Assembly (NCBI GenBank): GCA_965200355.1
Contig: OZ241351.1
Coordinates: forward strand, 1,564,163-1,628,162
DNA from: an uncultured Candidatus Binatia bacterium
Lineage (GTDB): Bacteria; Desulfobacterota; Binatia; Bin18
DNA length: 64,000 bases
Direction: 5' to 3'
A program made the position numbers and the translations under genes. The notes under the pieces were generated by a model that did no database searches, had not been told where the DNA came from, and saw nothing but the letters and a program-made list of their open reading frames with translations. Shown piece by piece: positions 28,886 to 37,370 of the stretch; position 1 is the stretch's first letter; every line of letters begins with the position of its first letter.

Positions 28886-31190
28886 ATTCTTCTACGAGGC
28901 GATTGAAGGCTGTCTGTGTTCCTCCGGCAAAGCGCTTGACGGTCGGTAAGTAATAGATTATCCGCCCCTTGAGAGTACGCTGTGCTCCTCGCGATCACGA
29001 GCCGGCCGAAATCCTGGGGCTTTTTTATGCTTGCCCGCTGGACACAATTCTATGCCTCGAAAAGCGAAGAAGACGGCCAAGACGGTTGAAACTCTGCGGC
29101 ACCCCGACGCCTCGCGTAAGAACATCCCCACGGCTGAGTTTCAGGCGGTGATGCGTAAGGACGAACAGAGTCCGATTCAGGTTGCCTATGAGCGGCGCAA
29201 CCGCGACCTGGACCCGTAACTGGTGTGGCGGGGGAAGGATGAACAGGACGGGGCGGATTTGGTGGTGCAGGCTCCGCCGTTGTACATTCAGGAGAAGGTG
29301 CATCCGAAGGTGTTGATTGACGATTTGCGGCAGCGCAGCAAGGAGACCGGCGACGCGAGCGCGCAGCCGGATTTGTTCGCGGATTTTAACGGGCTGCCGA
29401 GCGCGGACGCGCAGACCGAGTTTTATCAGCACGACGCCAACTGGTCGAACCGGATGATTTTGGGCGATAGCTTGCAGGTGATGGCGTCGCTGGCCGAACG
29501 CGAGGGCCTGCGCGGCAAGGTGCAGTGCATTTACCTTGACCCGCCTTACGGCATCAAGTTCAACAGCAACTTTCAGTGGTCAACCACGAGCCGCGATGTC
29601 AAGGACGGGAAGGCAGACCACATCACGCGGGAGCCGGAGCAGGTGAAGGCGTTTCGGGATACGTGGCGGGATGGGATTCATTCGTATTTGACGTATTTGC
29701 GGGACCGGCTGACGGTGGCGCGGGATTTGTTGGCGGAGAGCGGTTCCATCTTCGTGCAGATTGGGGATGAGAATGTCCATCGGGTGCGGGCGGTGATGGA
29801 GGAAGTTTTCGGACAGGACAACCATATTGCAGATATTGTTGTCCTGAAGACAAGTAGCCAAACGTCCCAATACCTTGCTGGAATAGCTGACTATGTAGTT
29901 TGGTATGCCGTCGATAAGGAACGCTTGAAGTACCGGCAACTGAACAAATTCAAAAAGCTTGGAGAAACAGGAACAACCCAATACCTATGGGAACTATCGC
30001 TAGACTTACAGGAATCGCGGATATCTAAGGAACGGAATCCCAGAGGGCATGTGTTTGCCGCTGACAATCTCTCCAGTCAATCCGGCGGTGAAACGACTAG
30101 GTTTGAATTCACCGTATCAGGAAAGATATTTCGGGTCGCTAGAGGAGGCTGGAAGACGAACTTGCAAGGAATGAGGCGTCTGGAGAAAGCTCACAGACTC
30201 AAGCCAATTGGTAAATCCTTGATGTATCGGAGATTTTTGGACGATTTTCCAGTCTATCCTATCGCTAATGTCTGGGACGATGTCTTGGCGACAGGATTCT
30301 CTGAACAGAAGGTATATGTTGTTCAGAGTTCTCAGAAGCTAGTCCAACGCTGCGTCCTCATGACCACCGACCCCGGCGACCTCGTTCTTGACCCAACCTG
30401 CGGTTCTGGCACGACGGCCTACGTTGCTGAACAGTGGGGCCGGCGGTGGATTACGATTGATACGTCTCGCGTCGCCTTGGCCCTGGCCCGTGCCCGTATC
30501 ATGGGTGCTCGCTATCCCTACTACCTGCTCGCCGACAGCCGCGACGGCCAAATCAAAGAAGCCGCGCTGGCCCGCAAAGCTCCCTCGGAAGTGCCCATAT
30601 ACACCGACATCCGCCAAGGCTTCGTGTACGAGCGCGTCCCCCACATCACCCTCAAGGCCATCGCCAACAACGCCGAAATCGACGTAATATGGGAGAAATG
30701 GCAGGAGACGATTCAGCCGCTGCTTGAACAACTCGGAGCCATCGTCGGCGATTCGCCCCTACCGGAATGGGAAGTACCAAGAGACCTGCCGGACCCGTGG
30801 CCGCCGGAGGCTGCGCCGCTGCACGAACAATTCTGGACGGCGAGGGTGGCGCGTCAGCGCGAAATCGACGCCTCCATCGCGGCCAAAGCCGACTACGAGT
30901 ACCTCTACGACAAGCCCTACGAGGATAAGAAAAAAGTTCGGGTGGCCGGGCCGTTTACGGTCGAAAGCCTGTCTCCGCACCGGGTGTTGGGTGTCGATGA
31001 AAACGACGAACTCATCGACCGTGTAGCTGAAAGCACGGTCGGGTACGGCGAAAAGCAGGACTTCGCCGCAGTGATTCTGGAAAACCTCAAAACCGCCGGC
31101 GTGCAGCAGGCCCACAAAGACGACAAAATTACCTTCACCGCAATCACCCCCTGGCCGGGCGATTTGATCTGCGCCGAAGGCCGGTTTGAT

Positions 31191-31310
31191 AGTGGAGTAG
31201 GGGAGAAGGGAGAGTGGATAGAGGGGAAGTGGATAGTGGATAGAAGGGAAGTGGATAGTGGCGAGCAAGACAGCGAAAAACTATCCACTCTCCCCTCATC
31301 ACTATCCACT
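31191..31310. repeat. GTGGATAG-rich hairpin element (4 direct GTGGATAG copies opposed by CTATCCAC copies) lying in-frame inside mod
   Basis: GAGTGGATAGAGGGGAAGTGGATAGTGGATAGAAGGGAAGTGGATAGTG ... AACTATCCACTCTCCCCTCATCACTATCCACTG; a MITE-like inverted repeat. Confidence 0.75.
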
Positions 31311-31608
31311 GAAAATCGCGGCGCGATTTTCATCGGCCCGGAGTTTGGTACGGTCTCGCGCCCGGATTTGGTGGCTGCGGCTCGTGAAGCCGCGGAGGGC
31401 GGTTTTGACGCGCTGATTACTTGCGCCTTCAATTACGACGCGCGCTCGTCCGAGTTTGACAAGCTCGGTCACATTCCTGTGCTCAAAGCTCGCATGAACG
31501 CCGACCTGCATATGGCCGACGATCTGAAGAACACTGGCAAGGGCAATTTGTTCGTCATTTTTGGCGAGCCGGATATTACCGTGGCGAGTGAAGAGTGGTT
31601 AGTGGATA

Positions 31609-32001
31609 GTGTCGGAAACAGAATTGCTCCGTATGACATCTTTACGCTCGTATCGGGACTTGACGGTTTGGCAGAAATCAATGGACTTGACGGTGAGGAT
31701 TTACGCGCTGACGCAGCGCTTTCCTGCCGACGAGAAATATGGGATTACCTCACAAATGCGGCGGGCGGCGTCCTCGATTCCGGCGAACATCGCGGAAGGG
31801 CAGGCAAGGCGCACGACGGGGGAGTTTCTTCAGTCGCTTGGCATTGCGCGGGGCTCGCTGGCAGAACTGGAGACCTTTCTGACCTTATCCGAAAGGCTGG
31901 AGTTGATCGACAAGAAGGCTTCCGAGACCTTGTTGAACGACTGCGCCGAGATAAACAGAATGCTCTACGCCCTGATGCGCTCACTAACCCCTATCCACTA
32001 A
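31609..32001 (+). CDS. Four-helix-bundle protein (TIGR02436 / 23S-rRNA-intervening-sequence protein family)
   Basis: 130 aa with YRDLTVWQKSMDLTVRIYALTQRFPADEKYGITSQMRRAASSIPANIAEGQARRTTGEFLQSLGIARGSLAELETFL, characteristic of the IVS-encoded four-helix-bundle family. It lies in a frame different from mod and is bounded by GGTTAGTGGATAGTG (31596-31610) on the left and a CTAACCCCTATCCAC tandem array on the right. Confidence 0.8.
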   Translation: MSETELLRMTSLRSYRDLTVWQKSMDLTVRIYALTQRFPADEKYGITSQMRRAASSIPANIAEGQARRTTGEFLQSLGIARGSLAELETFLTLSERLELIDKKASETLLNDCAEINRMLYALMRSLTPIH

Positions 32002-32071
32002 CCCCTATCCACTAACCCCTAACCCCTATCCACTAACCCCTATCCACTATCCACTAACCCCTATCCACTAC
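31982..32071. repeat. Tandem array (~6 copies) of the 14-15-bp unit CTAACCCCTATCCAC (reverse complement GTGGATAGGGGTTAG)
   Basis: Read directly; forms the right border of the four-helix-bundle cassette. Confidence 0.9.
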
Positions 32072-32348
32072 TCTCAGGTCACGGTCCACGGGGTGGACGT
32101 ATATCCCAACACCGGCGAAATCCGTAGCGACAGTGCCGACGGCATTGCCTGCTGGTTTATCGACACCGACTACAACGAAGAGAGTTTCTTCGTTCGTCAC
32201 GCCTATTTCCTCGGTGCCAACGATCCCTATAAGGCGCTCAAGACGACCCTCAAAGCCGAGATTAACGCAGACGCCTGGGCAACCCTCAACCGCGACACCT
32301 CCCGCCCGTTCGCCAAACCGGAGTCGGGCCGGATTGCGGTCAAGGTCA

Positions 32349-32687
32349 TCAATCACCTGGGGGATGAGGTGATGAAGGTGTTTCGACTCGACTAAAGGCA
32401 TTCTCTCTCGTATCAAAAGTCAGAGATACCTGGGTGCCGAGCTGACGTAAAACCGCGTCTATCGTGCCGGCCTTGGTGGCATGGTCCGGGTTCAGCATAC
32501 GTCGCACCTCGTTTTCGCCAACGTCCAGGGCGCGGGCGAGGCAACGTTGTGAGATGTTGGCCTGACGATAGGCTTCGTAGAGGGCCGCTTTGAGGACGAT
32601 CTGTAATGGCGGGATGACCAACGGCCGCCGCGTGCTGGCGCGTGTGGGCTCGGGTAAGGCCCGGCCCTCGCAGACCGTCGTTGCCAT
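32349..32687 (-). CDS. HicB-like antitoxin / XRE-type HTH protein; upstream reading frame stays open to 32813 without a canonical start
   Basis: C-terminal HTH (ISQRCLARALDVGENEVRRMLN). The in-frame upstream extension ...GRFIVTFPDFGWGATDGATCEEALEEAKDLLRELMATT resembles the HicB N-domain but contains no ATG or GTG. No hicA-like partner was recognised. Confidence 0.4.
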   Translation of the reverse strand: MATTVCEGRALPEPTRASTRRPLVIPPLQIVLKAALYEAYRQANISQRCLARALDVGENEVRRMLNPDHATKAGTIDAVLRQLGTQVSLTFDTRENAFSRVETPSSPHPPGD

Positions 32688-32815
32688 CAGTTCCCGCAGT
32701 AAGTCCTTGGCCTCTTCCAGCGCCTCCTCACAGGTCGCGCCATCAGTGGCCCCCCAACCAAAGTCGGGAAACGTGACGATAAACCGCCCGTCTTCGACAG
32801 GCAGAAGGACACTCT

Positions 32816-33655
32816 CTAGCGATTATCCCCGAACGCGGCGTCGCGCTCCTTGGCCCGCTTGGACCCGGAAAAGGTGTCTTCGCCCTTTTCCAGCCGATAC
32901 ATGCGGGTGAGGGCGTATGACTGAAACGCGCCGGTGACGCCGGTCCGAAAGCCAGCTTCGTCCTGCATCTGGTTCACCGAGAATTTGGCGATCCGCAGTG
33001 CATAGGCATCTTGCAGGGCGATCCGCTGAGCGAGCTTGCGCGTCTCTGCGGCGAGCTGGTCGCGCGGCACAACCTCGTTGACCAGCCCAAGCCGCTCGGC
33101 CTCTGCCGCGGTAATCCAATCGCCAGTAAAGAGATATTGCTTGGCTTTGCGAAAGCCGATGTCCCAGGCTAGACTGGCGTACTGGACATGGGCCCCCGCC
33201 CAGCGGACCGTGCGGTCGCAAAACTTGGCATCGTCCGCAGCGATAATGAGATCACAGGCCGAGGCCAACATCAGCCCGCCCATAATGCAGTAGCCCTGGA
33301 CTTGGGCAATGGTCGGTTTGGGGCAATCCCGCCAGCGCAGGGTGCAGTCGAGATAGAGGTCCCGGCCGCGTTTATATTCACCCGGCATTCCCTGTGGATA
33401 CGGACGCTTTTTCCAGTCCTCCCGTTCTTGCGGCGTCCCAATGTCATGGCCGGCAGAAAAATGCTTGCCGGCGCCGGCCACGATAATGACTTTGACCGAC
33501 TCGTCTTCCGCGGCGGCGGCCAGGGCCTGATCAAACTCTTCCAGCATCAACCGACTCTGGGCATTGAGTGCCTCAGGGCGGTTGACGGTGATGGTCAGGA
33601 CCGCCTCATCCTGTTGCTGGGTCAGGGTTGTATAGCTCATAATTCCCTCCTTCAT
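32816..33655 (-). CDS. Enoyl-CoA hydratase/isomerase (crotonase) family protein
   Basis: VKVIIVAGAGKHFSAGHDIG oxyanion-hole motif; 279 aa. Confidence 0.85.
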   Translation of the reverse strand: MKEGIMSYTTLTQQQDEAVLTITVNRPEALNAQSRLMLEEFDQALAAAAEDESVKVIIVAGAGKHFSAGHDIGTPQEREDWKKRPYPQGMPGEYKRGRDLYLDCTLRWRDCPKPTIAQVQGYCIMGGLMLASACDLIIAADDAKFCDRTVRWAGAHVQYASLAWDIGFRKAKQYLFTGDWITAAEAERLGLVNEVVPRDQLAAETRKLAQRIALQDAYALRIAKFSVNQMQDEAGFRTGVTGAFQSYALTRMYRLEKGEDTFSGSKRAKERDAAFGDNR

Positions 33656-33681
33656 TCAGGGTGAACGGTCCCGCCGGGGCT

Positions 33682-34329
33682 TTAGGTTCTGATGGCCAGT
33701 TCTTCTTTTGCTTCTTTGCGGGCGCGCCGCCCCAGATAGCCACCGTGGTGGAATTTGGCATAATCGGCTTTGGTAAAGCGTTTGCGCGTCATAAGGACCA
33801 AGGTCAGGGCATCGCCCAGGGCCAGGATGGCGGTGGTGCTGGCCGAGGGGGTCAGGCCGATTGGGCAGGGCTCTTTAATGGTGCCAACGCTGAGAACGAG
33901 GTCGCTCTTCTGGGCAATGGGGGAGCGCGGATGACCGGTCACGGCGATGAGCGGGAGGGCGTATAGTTGTTTGGCCCGGTGGATGGTTTCCAGGACTTCG
34001 CGCGTTCTGCCGCTATTGGAAAATGTCATGATAACGTCGTCTTTGCTGACCAGACCCAGGTCGCCGTGAGCGGCCTCACCGGGATGCAGAAAACAGGCCG
34101 GCGTGCCGGTTGAGGACAGCGTAGTCGCAATTTTCATGGCAATAATCCCGACTTTGCCCATGCCGGTAAGAATGACTTTGCCACGACAGTGCTCCAGCAG
34201 GTCCACTGCGCGCAGAAAGTCGTTGTTGAGGCGAATGGAACGGATCGCCTCGGCTTCGGCTTCGAGAATGGCTCGGGCGTGGGTCAGCTCATCCGGGTGT
34301 TGGGTGTGGTCTGGGCGGTCTTTTGACAT
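33682..34329 (-). CDS. SIS-domain protein (KpsF/GutQ-like sugar-phosphate isomerase domain only)
   Basis: Start set at MSKDRPDH. GKVILTGMGKVG and VIMTFSNSGRTRE are SIS motifs. No CBS domains. Confidence 0.65.
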   Translation of the reverse strand: MSKDRPDHTQHPDELTHARAILEAEAEAIRSIRLNNDFLRAVDLLEHCRGKVILTGMGKVGIIAMKIATTLSSTGTPACFLHPGEAAHGDLGLVSKDDVIMTFSNSGRTREVLETIHRAKQLYALPLIAVTGHPRSPIAQKSDLVLSVGTIKEPCPIGLTPSASTTAILALGDALTLVLMTRKRFTKADYAKFHHGGYLGRRARKEAKEELAIRT

Positions 34330-34433
34330 GGCTGTTCTCGGGTGTGGTGGCGAGTGGCGAGTCGTGAGTGGAAAGTAGAGGGGAGGGCCGGGGTGGACGC
34401 CCCCACTGACCATGCGTCTTGCTCCCCAATTTT

Positions 34434-36584
34434 TCAGCGTTGCCAGCGCGCGCGGCGGCCGCGGGCCAGGGCTTTGTTTGTGCTGCGCGGGGTGGCTTTT
34501 TTGGGGCGGCCCCGCGTAGCAGGTTGCTTGGTTGGCGCTGCCGGCGTTTCTGAGGCCGTGGGCGGAACGGCGGCTGTTTCACCGGGTAAACCCAGAGAGC
34601 GGCGTTCCAAATCCTGTACACGGTCGCGGAGGGCCGCGGCCTGCTCAAAATCCAGGGCCGCGGCCGCGGCCTGCATGTCCTGACGGGTCTGGGCGATCAG
34701 CTTGGGCAGGTCCTTGGTAGCGATATATCCTTCGCTGTCCTCAGAGACGCTGGGGAGCGTCACCTGGTCGGCGGCATAGACCTTCACCAAGGGCGAGGAC
34801 AGGGCCTTGCGGATACTCTCGGGGGTGATGCCGTGCTGCTTATTATACTTGGACTGGATGCGCCGCCGGCGCAGGGTTTCATCAATGGCCCGCTGCATCG
34901 AAGCGGTCATTTTGTCAGCGTACAGCAGGACGGTCCCGTTCACGTTCCGCGCGGCCCGGCCAATGGTCTGGATCAGAGAACGCTCAGAGCGTAGATAGCC
35001 CTCTTTGTCCGCGTCCAGAATGGCGACCAGAGAAACCTCGGGAATATCGAGGCCCTCGCGCAGCAGGTTGATGCCAATCAGGACATCGAAGCGGCCCTGG
35101 CGCAGGGCACGAATAATTTCCACGCGCTCAATCGTGTCGATATCCGAGTGGAGATAGCGGACCCGAACGCCGATTTCCTGATAGTAATCGGTCAGGTCTT
35201 CAGCCAACCGCTTGGTCAGCGTGGTGGCGAGGACCCGCTCGCCTTTTTCGCTCCGCTGCCGGATTTCTTCGAGCAGATCGTCTACTTGCTCACCGGCCGG
35301 CCGGACCGCAATGTCGGGGTCCAGCAGACCGGTGGGACGAATGAGCTGTTCAACCACGCGGCCCTTGCTCTGTGCGCGTTCATAGTCGCCCGGCGTTGCC
35401 GAGACATAGACCGTCTGGCCGGCGCGCCGCTCGAATTCCTGAAAACTGAGGGGGCGGTTGTCCAGAGCGGAGGGCAGCCGAAAGCCATACTCCACCAGGG
35501 TGGTCTTGCGCGAGCGGTCACCGCGATACATGCCGCCAATCTGAGGGACGGTGACATGGCTCTCGTCAATAAAGACGAGGTAGTCGTCAGGAAAATAGTT
35601 GAGCAGCGTATGGGGCGGCTCGCCCGGCTGGCGGCCATCCAGATGACGCGAGTAATTCTCAATGCCCGGACAAAAGCCCATTTCGCGCAGGAGCGCGAGA
35701 TCATACCGGGTGCGCTGCTCCAGGCGCTGGCTTTCAAGGCGCTGGTCTGCCTGTTGCAGTTCTTTGAGTCGTTCTGCCAGCTCCTCTTGGATGGCCTGGG
35801 TGGCGCGCTGCATCCGGCCCGAGGTGGTGACGTAGTGGCTGGCCGGGTAAATGGCGATTTTATCCAGCCGGCGCAAGACTTTGCCTCTGAAGGGATCAAT
35901 CTCGGCAATCGTCTCGACCGTATCGCCAAAGAATTCGACCCGCACTGCGCGGCTCTCCTCGTAGGCCGGAAAGACCTCAACCACATCGCCCCGGACCCGA
36001 AACGTGCCGCGATGAAAATCAAAATCGTTGCGCTGGTACTGAATATCGACCAGCTTGCGGAGCAGCGCGTCGCGGTCTACCTGGCTGCCCTCTTCGATAA
36101 AGAGGATGAGATCAAAATACGATTCGGGCGACCCGAGCCCATAGATACAGGAGACACTGGCGACGATAATAGTATCGCGTCGCTCCAGCAGTGCCTTGGT
36201 TGCGGAGTGGCGCATCTTATCGATTTCTTCGTTAATCGAGGCGTCTTTCTCTACATAGGTATCGCTCTGAGGGACGTAGGCTTCGGGCTGGTAGTAATCG
36301 TAATAACTGACGAAATAGCGAACCGCATTGTCCGGGAAGATGTCTTTGAATTCATTATAGAGCTGGGCCGCCAGGGTTTTATTAGGTGCCATCACCAGCG
36401 TTGGCCGGTTCAGCCGCGCAATGACATGCGCCATGGAAAAGGTTTTGCCCGAGCCGGTGACACCCAGCAGCACCTGATGGGGCAGTCCGTCTTGCAAGCC
36501 TTGGGTCAGCTGAGCAATCGCCTGGGGCTGGTCGCCCTGGGGCTGAAAGTCCGAGACGAGTTTGAAGGCAGTGTGGGCGGGCAT
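34434..36584 (-). CDS. uvrB: Excinuclease ABC subunit B (UvrB) with an unusual ~45-aa basic C-terminal tail
   Basis: Walker [10 protein letters not shown], beta-hairpin region, helicase motifs, UVR domain ([14 protein letters not shown]). Tail ...[32 protein letters not shown]. Confidence 0.9.
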   Translation of the reverse strand: MPAHTAFKLVSDFQPQGDQPQAIAQLTQGLQDGLPHQVLLGVTGSGKTFSMAHVIARLNRPTLVMAPNKTLAAQLYNEFKDIFPDNAVRYFVSYYDYYQPEAYVPQSDTYVEKDASINEEIDKMRHSATKALLERRDTIIVASVSCIYGLGSPESYFDLILFIEEGSQVDRDALLRKLVDIQYQRNDFDFHRGTFRVRGDVVEVFPAYEESRAVRVEFFGDTVETIAEIDPFRGKVLRRLDKIAIYPASHYVTTSGRMQRATQAIQEELAERLKELQQADQRLESQRLEQRTRYDLALLREMGFCPGIENYSRHLDGRQPGEPPHTLLNYFPDDYLVFIDESHVTVPQIGGMYRGDRSRKTTLVEYGFRLPSALDNRPLSFQEFERRAGQTVYVSATPGDYERAQSKGRVVEQLIRPTGLLDPDIAVRPAGEQVDDLLEEIRQRSEKGERVLATTLTKRLAEDLTDYYQEIGVRVRYLHSDIDTIERVEIIRALRQGRFDVLIGINLLREGLDIPEVSLVAILDADKEGYLRSERSLIQTIGRAARNVNGTVLLYADKMTASMQRAIDETLRRRRIQSKYNKQHGITPESIRKALSSPLVKVYAADQVTLPSVSEDSEGYIATKDLPKLIAQTRQDMQAAAAALDFEQAAALRDRVQDLERRSLGLPGETAAVPPTASETPAAPTKQPATRGRPKKATPRSTNKALARGRRARWQR

Positions 36585-36659
36585 GTCGGCGCATCATAGC
36601 AGGGAAGTGGGAGAGGGTCAGCTAGGGAGCAAGCGACACCACGGGCCTCATACCTCCCA

Positions 36660-36790
36660 GGGGCATAAAAATGTAGGGGCACCCCCCTGTGGTGGCCCAG
36701 CCCTGTGGTGGCCCGGCTTGGTCGGCAGACCTCACAACGGCCCATGCAGATGTAGGGGCACCCCCCTGTGGTGGCCCGGCTTGGTCCCGT
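36660..36790. repeat. Two to three copies of the REP-like repeat ATGTAGGGGCACCCCCCTGTGGTGGCCCGGC
   Basis: Copies at 36666-36700 (with internal duplication CTGTGGTGGCCC x2) and 36745-36778. They generate spurious ORFs that read VGAPPCGGPA. Confidence 0.85.
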
Positions 36791-36850
36791 TGCAATCCGT
36801 GCAGGGTTATGGCTCACTACCCCTATCCTAGCCCAGTGAAGGAGGACGGT

Positions 36851-37264
36851 ATGATCCAGCAGTGGTGGAAAATAGCACGAACAACGCTGAGCCTGCTCGC
36901 ACTCGGAGCGGTTGCCGGCATGTCCGCGGCTTGGGCCGACCAGCCGGCTGAAGGAGAGGCGGCAACGGTGCGGAAATTTACGATCGTCAATGTATTATAC
37001 GAAGGCGACAAGATGTTTGTGCCGTCTGTGCTGATCGCCGAGCAGGGCGACACGGTGCGGATCAAGGTCGTCAATAAAATTCCCGGCGACCCGCCCAACC
37101 ACGGCTTTGCCATTCCGGCCTTTGGCGTCGAAGAGGTGGTCAACAGCGGAGAGACCAAGACGGTCGAGTTTATGGCAGACAAAGCCGGTCTGTTTGACGT
37201 GAAGTGCCAATTACACCCCGCCCATCTTTCTGCCCAACTGATTGTGCATGAGAGCGGGAAGTAG
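36851..37264 (+). CDS. Cupredoxin-fold (plastocyanin/azurin-like) periplasmic protein
   Basis: Start at MIQQWWK with SD GAAGGAGG. Signal peptide. Putative type-1 copper ligands: HGF...C(QLH)...H. The longer ORF beginning at 36689 is repeat-derived. Confidence 0.6.
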   Translation: MIQQWWKIARTTLSLLALGAVAGMSAAWADQPAEGEAATVRKFTIVNVLYEGDKMFVPSVLIAEQGDTVRIKVVNKIPGDPPNHGFAIPAFGVEEVVNSGETKTVEFMADKAGLFDVKCQLHPAHLSAQLIVHESGK

Positions 37265-37295
37265 GCCGGATGGTATGGCGGTTCCTACGGGCCGC

Positions 37296-37370
37296 CAGCC
37301 CCCTCGCCCTCGCCCACCAGGGACGAGGGCATAATGTAGGGGCACCCCCCTGCGGTGGCCCGGCCCCCTC
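37296..37370. repeat. Imperfect hairpin (GCCCTCGCCC-ACCA-GGGACGAGGGC) plus a fifth REP-like copy (TAATGTAGGGGCACCCCCCTGCGGTGGCCCGGCC)
   Basis: Read directly, between the cupredoxin gene and the LptFG stop. Confidence 0.6.

Larger units (their letters stand above)
29050..32398 (+). pseudogene. mod: Type III-like N6-adenine DNA methyltransferase Mod, with an in-frame TAA at 29217 and a ~480-bp cassette insertion (31596..~32075) that splits off the conserved C-terminus (32093..32395)
   Basis: DPPY motif (CIYLDPPYGIKFNSNF) and FxGxG motif (DPTCGSGTTAYVAEQW). N-terminal MPRKAKKTAKTVETLRHPDASRKNIPTAEFQ...RNRDLDP*LVWRGKDEQ runs in one frame across a single stop. The C-terminal segment VDVYPNTGEIRSDSADGIACWFIDTDYNEESFFVRHAYFLG...KVINHLGDEVMKVF is in a different frame, downstream of the inserted gene. 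Confidence 0.7.

Noticed and set aside
28969-29049. Rho-independent terminator after res (GGGGCTTTTTTATG)
   Set aside because: A T-run is present, but I could not pair a convincing GC-rich stem immediately upstream. Left uncalled.
29223-32015. Treating the 930-aa ORF as an intact long Mod protein
   Set aside because: Its last ~140 codons are an out-of-frame read-through of the inserted four-helix-bundle gene and repeats, and the genuine conserved Mod C-terminus lies downstream in another frame. Better described as a disrupted gene.
32054-32416. Minus-strand ORF of 120 aa
   Set aside because: Antisense to the conserved Mod C-terminal segment; no support.
35148-36599. 483-aa + strand ORF opposite uvrB
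   Set aside because: Shadow ORF of uvrB.
36689-36850. N-terminal extension of the cupredoxin ORF
   Set aside because: The extension is encoded by REP-like repeats (VAQPCGGPAWSADL...). A strong SD precedes the ATG at 36851, so the gene starts there.
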